NCBI RefSeq assembly: GCF_964204865.1
Contig: NC_135262.1
Location: 5,146,001 to 5,210,000, forward strand
DNA length: 64,000 nt
DNA from: Styela clava
Lineage: Eukaryota
Reading direction: 5' to 3'
Of the stretch, positions 15,401 to 27,400 are shown in pieces. The notes below the pieces were generated by a model. The model was not told the origin of the DNA, ran no database searches, and saw nothing but the letters and a program-made list of their open reading frames with translations. How positions within the stretch are numbered: the first letter of the stretch is position 1; each line of letters starts with the position of its first letter. The position numbers and the translations under genes are program-made.

Positions 15401-18400
15401 GAAGTGATCTGACGAGCAAACTAGAACCTGCGTTTCTTGCTGGACTACGATGCAAACAACCAGCTATTCGACAAAAATTTGTAGAAGTTTTTGATCGCAG
15501 CATCAAACAGAAACTTTATGATCGTTTGTTGTACATTATTTGCTCTCAAAATTGGGAAGCAATGGGAAGTCATTTTTGGATAAAACAATGCATTGAGGTG
15601 ATAATTCAATTTGATATATTTTATCTACATCAACCGTATCATCAAACTTAAAACAACATTTGGTACTCCCTTAGTGTATGTACCAGGTTAGGGTTAGGCC
15701 ATCATTTTATTCCGGTTTTTCCTTTTTAGTTCTATTATGAGTTCTGAGACTGTCTGTGTTAGCCAAGTGAATATACCCCCTGGCAATAGGTTTCAGTCCC
15801 GTTACACAACATGTAAAATAGGCGAACAAAATGAGTTTCCTCCATATCGGTACATATGGAGGAAACTCCATACATACATTTCTGGAGTGCCCAACATTCC
15901 ATGTTCCAAACCTTAAAAATTAATTATTTATTTAGTATTAAGGTATAATTAGTAAATGCCGGCAACAATAATCTCGATAAAATGATTTTCATATATTCTA
16001 TAGAAATTTCCAGTAAGTATATCATTAAACTAAAGACATTATGTGTGCTGTTAATCTGAAAAATTATTATTAAATTGGTATGAATGAATAATTATTGAAT
16101 GCCCATAACTAAAGTTACTCCAATAACACACCAAAAGAACTGGACATCGAACAAAATATTGCACATAATCATTCCAACTTCACATTTGGTTGGTCATGAT
16201 CAGTCATCTGTAACTGCTGACATCATTGATCAATCTCAGGCATCTGGCAAAACACTAGTTGCCAGAAATACAATAAGAATACAAATAACAATAATACCCT
16301 GGTAGTATACTTTGTTCAGTGTGAATATATCCGCTTGTAATAAAGTATCAGTTTAAATCGAAGAGGAGTGCTTGTTCTTCCCATATCATTCCGACTCAGC
16401 TCATGTCATACATTATCAACTCCAAAGAACTCAACTATTCACAGAGAACACTCTGTCACATGAAAAAAAATTGGTTGTTATTTTCTTGTAACTACATTTG
16501 ATTTGATACCTCTGTTTTTTTCTCTTCAGCTTCTATTTGCTGTTTGTGATAAAGGAACCTCGATATTTAGTCGTGGAAGTCCTTACCTTCTACCTTCCAT
16601 CACAAATGTTGTGAATCTGGCTGATAGTCAAGAAAGACAAGTATTTGAGATGATGAGTCGTGTTAAGACTGAACCAATGGAAGTTGACATGGACAATAAA
16701 GATGATGTAAGCAAAATTAATGTGAAAATTATTTTAATGGTTTTTAGCCATGCTTATGTTTTATTTTCCTAATTATAAAACTTGAACACATTTCCATCGT
16801 ATTGCAAAACAATAACTCAATATTTATTAGCTCTCAGTTGGGGTTACCCAAGACTAACTACCATTGGAATTTCCATTGTTCTCTCACAATTTCCAATTTC
16901 ACTTCTCTCTATTTGAAAACAAACCCAACAATTGCTAATCATTATTTATGTGCATGCTATCGAGTTTCTTATCGTAATTGATAAATGCTTGTCTGAAGAA
17001 GTCTGACCCTGGTCATACGAAACGTTATAGAAATACATTTGTACCCCTGCCTATAGGATTTCAGCCCTTTTCACATCTTGATGTAAAGTAGGCGAACAAA
17101 ATTAGTTACATCCCTTTATTAAAATTAGTACACACACTTCTGGAGCGCCCCTGGGTGCACTGGTTTTGAACGCATGGGTATAAATTTGTAAACGGTTTGC
17201 CACCTTCATAAGCAGTTCATGTCCCATATCTGACATGGACTGGTAACCGGACCAGAGAAGTCGGGATTCAGTGTATGAATTTTCTATCTTAATAATTGTT
17301 TCCTCTTTAGAGATAAATGATAAAATCTTTCTCTATCTTTATTAAGAAATACTAAATTCATTGGTAATCGTAGTTTTTCATTTAATTTTTGTTTTGTTTA
17401 TTTTATTCAGGATGAATCTCAAATGATGGAGACTAATTCAATCAGTGGAAACACACGACTAAAAAGCCCTATCCAACATTCAAAGTCGAAGGATCCCAAG
17501 CAACTTTTGGCAACGCTAATAACAAAGTACATTTTATTTTTTTTCATTTATATCCCAATTTAGCCATACTCGGATCATAGATGTAAGACATAGGTAAGAG
17601 ATGTAATAAGAAACTGTGGTAATTTATATAATTTGTGTGCATAGTTTGGTATATCTGGTATATCTCATATCTGTTTACTGGCAACAGTAAATTATTAGCT
17701 GAGTCATAGTTGGCATGCTTTTATCTGAGTCATGTTTTGTTGGTGCTTGATAATTTTATTGTGTACTACTTCTAGGTGCTGCTAACGTTTAGGTTGATTA
17801 AAGCTTAGTATTTGTAGATAGATTTGTTTGTAAAGTAATAAACTAAACTTAGGTTAAGACAAAAACAATGTTTTTTAAATATCACGAGATATATTTCATT
17901 TATAAAGTATGTCTATAATATTTTCTATTCCAGACATGGGAGATTCTTGGAATCCGTGACAGAAGTAAAAATCTGTTCGTTCCTGAATTCAGTGACTCAA
18001 TTATGCCATCATGATACCGATCTTGCAAGCAAAGTTTGGATTCAACTTTTCCCAAGAATTTGGAAAGTTCTCAGCGACAAACAACAAGATGTAAACATTG
18101 TTTACTGTTTTTTCTTTTTTTAAACATTATATTCTTGTTCAATAGGAAAGTATCTTCTTTTTATTAGTTTTAATTTCCCACATTACAGTATATTTTTCAA
18201 CTCTGCATCTATTTTAAAACTAGGGCACGAATCGGAAAGCTTTTACAAGATATTTTTTAATTTCTGCATTTGCTTTTATATTACCCTAGTTGCATCATAT
18301 CTGTTTTGAGAATTCAACCCACCCAATATCTTATTCAGATTTCCATTGCTCACACCTGAGACGTAGAGAACAAATTAAATCTAATTCTTGCCATCAAGAT

Positions 18401-21400
18401 TTTTGGAAAAGCAGTTCTGACTCCCATACTTGAGAGTAACAATATTTCTAGTTAAGCCTTCTGACCATTTAATAACAAAATGTAAACTATTAAAGTGTTT
18501 GTGTTTTCACCCTTATTGTGTTTTACTCGAAATATCACAAAAAATGTCGCACTTCCAACATCTACAAATCTCGAAAAATCGCAGAGCTTGAAATTATATT
18601 GAGTTTATTATGTTATATTGAGTTATTTCAAAAGTATTTATTCAGTACTTTATTTCTTATCTTATCAGTCCTTTGCTTCTTATCTAATCAGTATGTTGCT
18701 TCAGATACTTCGTGGAGAAATTGGATCTTTTATATGCAGTGGAGCCCATCTTGTGCAGAAAGATTGTCAACCATCGTCGTTACATACTTTTGTTGAATCT
18801 TTATCTCACTGCATACCGCAACTCAAACTTAGGCCATGCGTTGTGAAATATTTGGGAAAGTGAGTTGGGTTCTTTATAGATGTACCAATATATATATCCT
18901 ATATACCAGTAATAAACGTTTTTGTAGTGTGATATCAGTAGCAGATATTTCTGGGAGTCCATTCACTAAATTTTGTAAAAAGTCATGTTAAAGAACTCAA
19001 AACTTGGTATTTTGATAACAAAATCTCGTAAATTTCATCCAAGCTTTTGCGAGAATGTTGATGCTTTACTAACACTGTTAAAAGCTTGTTATGATTCGTG
19101 GATGCCTGCCTTGAACACCATTAATGTAAAAATGTAAAGTGTAAATGCAATCACATCTTTGGATATTTTTCAAATATATTTTCCATCTTATTGATATGAT
19201 GAGCTTCTGTGGCCAAATCTTAGGAATTTCTGGGATTTGTAACAAATAATGTAACACATCCTTGAAGTAGATATCCTCGTTAGTGAATTTTTTTTCTTCT
19301 TGATACTTTTCACTAATATTATCTGATGCTAGTATCAGATAGAGCAAGTTTCGTACCATGTCAGCTTTTCGAAGACTGCAAGTTATAGGATTGCCTTTTT
19401 ACAGGACTCATAATCTGTGGTTACGTTGCGCCATCATGCTTGAAAATTTATCCACAGAACGTGGACTTTATTTGGCGAAACCCAAACAACAATCTCGTGG
19501 TTCTTCATCTTATGTCCCTGAGAATATTAATTCTGAACAACAAGAGGTATGTGTGTTTTATTTAATACCATGTGAGAATCAAAGAGATATGTGTGGATAT
19601 GCACATAACCTTAATTATGTTGCTCTAACGAGTCGAACAATGAAGTTCTTTTGAATGTTCTTTAAACCCTTTTCTCATGTGATATATATTGAGAAGTTTC
19701 AGGTAACACCTTGCCACTGTACAATACTCTACCCCTGTTAAAAAATATTTTAAGATGATAATCATATTGCTGGTTTCAAATATAGTCTACTCAAATTATA
19801 ATGCCCTGGGTGAGGTGATGGTCATAGCATTTGAAAGCAAGGAATTTAATCTGTGGCGCCAACATGATGATACACTCTTGGATGCTGAGAAATTCTTTGA
19901 ATCTAATCGAAGTCTAGAAACTGTTGGGCACACAACGCTTTCTGGACACAAGGAATATTTTTTTTCTCTTGTATTTATTAAAGCATTATTAAAATAGGAA
20001 TATATCATTTGCTATATGTCCTACATTCAATACAATACAATTCTACATTCAATAAAGTACATGGCCTTCATGTAGGAATAAAGTTTATTGCCTGTATACA
20101 CGACTTGCATTGTTTGAAACTTTTTTGACTAATTAGATAGCGAATACTTAGAATACTACTTACATTTTAATTGATATAACCCACAATTTTCTTTTTCAGA
20201 TTCTGGATTCCTTGTGTAACTTATACTCACTTCTGAGAGAGGAAGATATGTGGGCTGGATTGTGGCAAAAACGTTGTAAATTTCCTGACACAGCTAAAGC
20301 AATTGCTTTTGAACAACAAGGATTCTTTGAACAAGCTCAGGTTAGTATCAATAACTTCATCTGTTTTCATCATGAAGAAAGGATAGAATTAATATTTAAA
20401 AAAATAAAGGGAAGATTAAGATGACCTTATCATAGGATAGGATTTTTATATTATCCCGATGCAGAGAAAAGTTGATAAGATGGCTCAATTATATGGTGTG
20501 CCACGGCATCTCGGCTTTGTAAGCCTATGACAGCAAGTCGTCAGATATCTTCTCGCACCTGTTATCCTACAAGACATCCTGCAAAATACCCTGCAGACTA
20601 ATGTCTTTCTAAGCATAGTGAGCCGAGTCAGTTTTATAACCCATTTTCATTTTATGATAATTGCACTGAAAAGCTAAGTAAACTTCTGATGAATCATTTT
20701 TGTCTTTTTAGTCAACGTATGAAAGTTTAATGTCTCAAGCAAGAGATGACCATAATAAAGGTCCCGCACCAATAACTAACATTCCTGAATATCAAGTTTG
20801 GGAAGAACATTGGATCAGATGCTGCAAAGAACTAAATCAGGTAAACATCTTCCTAATATATATGTAATGCGGTCACTTGTAACTGAGTAGTATAGACCTT
20901 GTCAATTGTTAGATGTGGTAACTAATATTGAACATAATGTTTGTGTATCATTGATAAGACAATAATTTTGTTTTTTTATACGATTACCATTCTCAGCTCT
21001 TGCTCACAAAATGGCCTTGTTAAGCATTCTCCTATATCTAACGATATATGAAGATTTAATATTTTTCTAAGGACCCGAATATTTTATTGGGCAATGCCTG
21101 ATAAATTACACCCAGGATGAGGGTAGTGTGTCATTGCAGCAGCAGTCATTGTACTGCGTAGATGAACTATGATGACAAGTAAATATTCAGTAAAGATATT
21201 CAGAGTATTGACAGGTTGCGAGTGAACAGTCATTTCATAACTGATATCCTAGGGCTTATTAATTCCTAGCAGCTGGTGGCATCTGAGTTGCATTCCAATT
21301 GACAGGAAATAAATGTTTGAAAATATTCAAACACATATTGGAATTCGGATTTTTTAAATGCTTCAAAACAACCCACTACTTTTATTTATAATGTATTTGA

Positions 21401-24400
21401 ATGAAAATTAGTCTTTTTATTATCCGGTTTAACTAAGTAATTTTTGATTTTCGATAATTTGAATTCAATATAGTTTCAGTTTTCAAATTAATTTTTTTTA
21501 TATTTTTGTTAATTTTAGTGGGAAATATTGACAGAATATGGTAACAAAGGAAGTGTTTGCAATTCACATCTTGTATTAGATTGTGCTTGGAGACTTCCTG
21601 ACTGGACAACTATGAAAGGTGGGTGGAAATGTTGGTTTCGTACTAAAAAAAACAGGTTTTTATGTTTTTTTTACTAACAGCTTATGAATTCCACGATTGG
21701 CACATCGGGCTATGCGTTCAAATAGGCCTGTCATCGCACCTCCGATTACTTTGTTTGGAGGATTGCTGAACTCCTTGGCACTGTGAGGTGATTCATGTAA
21801 CCGCTGGTTTGGTTACGGCTTCCTCCACAATCAAGTCCAGGCGTCTTATCATCATCTGCAACTGGTTAACTAATCCCATACCTGACATAAACCGGTAGCC
21901 GTACGAGAGAGAGGCTGTCTTAAACCCATATAATTATTGACTGTCTCATCGGCTTTCCTCTCTCCAGAACATTTATAACAACCACTGATCCTCACTCCTG
22001 ATTAATTTATTTTGTTGTCTGTCCTTTCTCCTAGAATAAATATGAAAAGTCCTATCTTAACCATGAAGGCCCGACCAGTGATTCATTCATCTGTTTTAAA
22101 AAGACGGCTGAATGAGGCTATTATGTCATTTGCAATGGAATTCATAGATTAAAGCTTGAATTGCTGCCACACCTATGTTTCATAAACACTTATCTAGATA
22201 CTTTAATCGAAGTGTGTGTGGTGAGGAGATATCTATTTCATGCAACTGACAAATGCAAATTTTATTATAATTACATGATGACTGTAAGTCCTGATATTTT
22301 TAAGATGCTTTGGTTCAAGTTGAACTTTCTTGCCCGAAGGAAATGGCTTGGAAAGTCAACATGTATCGAGGATTTCTTGCAATATGTCATCCTGACGAAC
22401 ACCATCTGCATCTCATTGAAAGACTCGTTGACATGGCTAGTTCTCAAGCTATTAAAGTAAGTAAAGGGGTATTTGAGGTTTATTACTTTAAAAAGCACAT
22501 TTTAGCTATTCATTCACATTCCTGATAGTTGCCAGGAGAATACATACTTTCTAATATTGAATGTTACTCAAACAGTTTATTTAGAATAACCGAATACATA
22601 TTCTAGATTAGAAACTAGGAATCACATCTTAACCAAAATACAATAACCGACAACAAAACTAGGTAGTCACTGAGTCAAGTTTAAACAGACTGTTGTTATA
22701 TATACCCAGTGTATATAAACACTCATATGTATAATCCACACAAAGAACGATAACATTGCAATAAGGAAGAGTACATGGTATAGCACAATTCAACAGAAAC
22801 CATTTAACATATTTAGGTAATACATAAATGCTTTTTGGAGGGAATTTTCACTGTTTGGTCTGGTTTATTCAGGCTTTGGTATAACCACAGAGAACTTCTG
22901 TTTTGCAGGAATGGAAAAGATTACCAAGAATAGTTTCTCACATTCACACACCTTTACTACAAGCTGCTCAACAAATTATAGAATTACAGGAGGCATCGCA
23001 GGTGGGAATCAAATAATATATCCTTAAGTAATGGTTTCACTCAAGAATGTACAAAATGAATATTTGAATACATTTGAAATTGGTTAAATTTGATTTATAC
23101 AATATGAGGAAATATACGATTTTAGGAAGGGTTTGAATTTTTTTTATTTAAAAATTTGTAATTTCAAGCATTTGACAATGAATTGTCAGATAAAAATGGC
23201 TTGACAATGTTTATTTTAATTTATCATAAATACAAATTTAATTTCTATTCACAAAAATTTTCAAATTTCTCAGCTAAATATGATACAATTTAAAATAGAT
23301 TTAATATTCCATTTAAAAAATATTAGTTTATCATGTATATGGGATGGCGAATTATTGATCTTACCATCCCCTATCATTAAAATGTCCAATTTCTTGCTTT
23401 TGTGAAGGTTCATCAAAGTTTGCAGCCTAGTAATCTTGGACGCAGTAATTCTCTTCATGATATGAAAGCAATTGTAAAAACTTGGAGAAATCGACTTCCT
23501 ATGACATCAGATGACCTTTCACACTGGAGTGATATTTTCATATGGCGTCATCACCATTACCAGGTAAGATAGTATTCATATTAAATTGGTGAGAAGCTAT
23601 TATTATCCGGTCAGACTTGAGTCATCATTTATCAGAGACTCCCAAGCGACTGGAGTCACTTGACTCATACTTGTACACAACTAACCGCCAGTGAGACTTG
23701 ACTCTGTGATTAACTCAACTTTGAACTCAGACTTGGATGATCTGTGCCCCGACTAAACTTGCGCTCTGGGTTTAGGGACTTCTACCCAACATTAGTCCTA
23801 GTATTTGACTTAGTCATCACCATTACCAGATAAGACGGGAAAGTAGATAAGCTGACTCAATCATATCTACAGGAATATACGGCCTTCTCAACCTGTTTAT
23901 TCTGTCTCTGGGATGGGAAGCTTGTATGCTAACCTTTGTGTCAAGTTATTTGCTGAGTTACTCAAACTTACAAATTTCTGTAAAGGATCTGGTATTGTTA
24001 GAGATACTAGAACAGTGGTTCTCAAACGGTGGGGCACGCTATTGAGAACCACTGTACTAAAATCTTGTCTACTTCACATTCACCCTGAGAATGTGAGGCA
24101 ACATCTGAAATGCTACCATAGTGTGATCAAAATTACAAGCAAAAAATGAAAGTGAGAATATGAGGTCTTGGAAGGAAGGAAGATAAATGCCAACAAATCC
24201 AAAACACCCTAGTAATGTTGTGATCAATTACAATAAGATGGTAATTGTTGAAATATCAATCTTTTTCAGGCAATTGTACAAGCCTATGATGATATGTCGG
24301 CACTTCAGCCTGATCCCAATTCAAACCATGCAATGTTGGGGGTGCATGCATCTGCATCTGCTATCATTCATTACGGAAAAATTGCTCGGAAACACGGCCA

Positions 24401-27400
24401 AATCAATTCAGCTTTAGACTCATTGTCAAGAATTCATTCCATTCCTTCAGTGCCGATTGTAGATTGTTTCCAGAAAATACGGCAACAGGTTAAATGCTAC
24501 CTGCAAATGACTGGTGTTATGGGGAAAGGAGAATGCATGCACGTAAGACAATTTTTGATATTAGTTTGTGGACAAGATCTTACATAAGTTATTGCTCCAA
24601 GTAAGCTGTATACAAGCAGGCACTTTGTTGGGTATTCTCGTAGGGTGTGTAGCTGTTTAGGGTTAGGTCATTATTTTTATCCGATTTTCCTTAGGCTTTC
24701 CTTAAAATAGGTGAACAAAATTAGTTACCTCCATATTAGTACACATACTTCTGGAGCGCCCTTTGTTGTATCAAACTACTAGGACTACAGGGATGAAAAT
24801 GGTTGATATTGTTACTCTAAATTTTGGTGTGTTTAGTTGGAACAATTGCCTGACACACCATGACTCGGCCAACTCATGATGGCAGCATTGTAAAGACTAA
24901 TATTCTGATTCCTAGCACTCACAAAAAGTACTTTGTTTTTATTCTACTCCATATTCTTGCAAAAAATATTTCTGAGAAAAGATGGTTTTAATCATTGCCT
25001 CTTTGGACATACAAACCATTAAAAATGTGTATGTGAAAATGAATTAACATTAACAAATATATTTTTTCTTTAAAATACAGCCATATTTCATTTTTTTTTG
25101 AAGAGTTTCGGTAATGACCTAAAAATACTTACATACAATTTTTATGGCTTGAAAATATTATATTTTAAAAGGAATAAATTGCATTTTTGAAACATGAGTC
25201 CATACACCCTAAACAAAAATGTGATTGGGCCAGATTTTTCTTTCTGATTTGATCCTATTTATTGTTTCAGGGTCTTGAAGTAATTGAATCGACAAATTTG
25301 AAATATTTTACCAAAGAAATGACGGCTGAGTTCTATGCTTTGAAAGGAATGTTTTTGGCTGAAATTGGAAAATCAGAAGAAGCAAATAAAGCATTTTCTG
25401 CTGCAGTACAAATGCATGATGTACTTGTGAAAGCTTGGGCGTTATGGGGAGATTATTTGGAAAATGTTTTTGTACAGGTACATTAGATTATTACAGAATT
25501 TTGAATGCTTATGGTTTGAACAAATTTTTTCCTAAAGTTTTTTGATGTGTTATGCATTTACTCTAAACTAGGCCAGCAGCTCATGATACATATGATGATA
25601 CTATTCTTTTAATATGACCATTGACATTGACTGGTATCTTTTTCATTGGCATAGTTCAGCAGGGTATAATAAATTAGGTAAGCAATGCTGGTGTTGAAAG
25701 ATTCTGGTCCTCCATAATATTAGTAGCTCCTCACATATTGTTCGATATCAGTCACTGCTTGTTCCAAGCGAAAGAAGTGAAGAAGTGTTATATGAAAAAA
25801 ACTTATTCAAAAGACTTCATAAAAGTTTTACTCCAATACAACTTCTAAATGTAGTTTCTATTTACTAATAGAATCCTAATACAAATTGGGTAGGCAATGA
25901 TTCCAGTATTCCTAATGATTCTATTAGGAGTATATTATTTTTCTAGCAACCTTCTCAAATCAAGCAAGGAGTTTCAGCCATCACTTGCTACTTGCACGCA
26001 TGTCGGCATCAGAACGAACATAAATCAAGAAAATATCTTGCTAAAGTTATTTGGCTTCTTAGTTATGATGATTCTGAATGTGCTTTAGCTGACGCTGTGG
26101 ACAAGGTATTGTTTTAATATGTATTTAAGATTAGGCTTCGGGATGGTTTCATCATGGTTAAATAAAGTGATATTTGAATAAATGTGAATGCTTTTTTTGG
26201 TTGGTTTTATAATTATGTAACATTTTTCATTTTATCTCCAGTTTCGAGTGGACTTGTGTATTCATGATGTATGAGATTGACTACAAATTACAATTTAGTT
26301 ATTTACAATTTTTTGACTTTTATATTTTTAGTCATTGCTGGTGAGTTGGACAAAAACAAATTTCACGTAATTGGAATAGAATAGAAATATGTATTTATTT
26401 TGTGGCAAAAGAAAGTCTTTTAGATATGATTTTAATATTTATCCTGGAGGGGATAAGTCAATAAGACAACTTAATCATGTGTCTAATTAATCACAGTCAA
26501 ATATTTGAACTTTTTAATTATTGTTTGATTATTTTTCAGTATTCCGTTGGTGTGCCGCCAATTCAGTGGTTGGCTTGGGTACCTCAGTTACTTACCTGCT
26601 TGGTTTGCAGTCATGGAGCCAAAATACTCAACTTGCTGAGTCATGTAAGTGAAGTCATTATTGCCTTATCATTGTTTTCTTGGCTTGTTTAATATTTTCT
26701 TTTTTAACTATAAAATTTACAGGTTGCTAGAGTGTTCCCTCAAGCTGTATATTTTCCAATTCGTACTCTATATCTCACATTGAAGATTGAACAACGAGAA
26801 AGATATAAAAGCTCAGAAGTGAACACTGCTGGAACTGCTGTAAGTCAGGTTATTTTTGATAAACTAAAGTGTGCATGTTTGTCTGCTACTTGGTGGTAAC
26901 TCAGTCCATGGGGGGTAAAAATGCGCCTAGGGCTATAAGGTTTTACTAGGCTTATCTAACCAGGAATAATTATATTTGCAATGATATAGAATATATTTGC
27001 AAAGAACTCCTTAGTTTCTAGGCTTTCATTAACTAGGACTGAACTAAGAAAAAGCAAAAACTAATGAAATGTTACAACCTTGGTACACACTAACCATGCA
27101 TATATCACAATAATATCTGTGCTGTCACTATCATTAGTCATATTTCAGCTTTGTCACACATCTTATCAGAATTGCAAATTAATGAATTTTAGCTCTGCAG
27201 ATTTTTTTGTAGTCTCATGGATCCTTTTTCTCTAACAAATATGCTACATGGTTGTCGTTTTTTAATATTAGTATTTGAGAATATTTATCCTGAGTTTCAT
27301 ATCAATCTTCAGGTTTCATCTGGTAATGAATCCTCTCAAGAGTCATCTTCAGGTATTTTATTATTATTTATAAATATTGTAATAATATTTGATAGTTTTT

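Noticed and set aside
15687-15698. Telomere-like GGTTAGGGTTAGG
   Set aside because: Only about two units, and an internal part of the Merlin-like MITE consensus, recurring in each copy.
17582-17861. Solo LTR (TGTAAGA...AAGACA); similar candidates at ~1570-1952 and ~16100-16460
   Set aside because: No matching 4-6-bp TSD and no second copy in the window to support it.
21169-21244. Possible intronic box C/D snoRNA (ATGATGA...CTGA, 76 nt)
   Set aside because: No terminal stem and no rRNA-complementary guide that I can recognise. Such boxes arise by chance in AT-rich DNA. snoscan or Infernal would decide.
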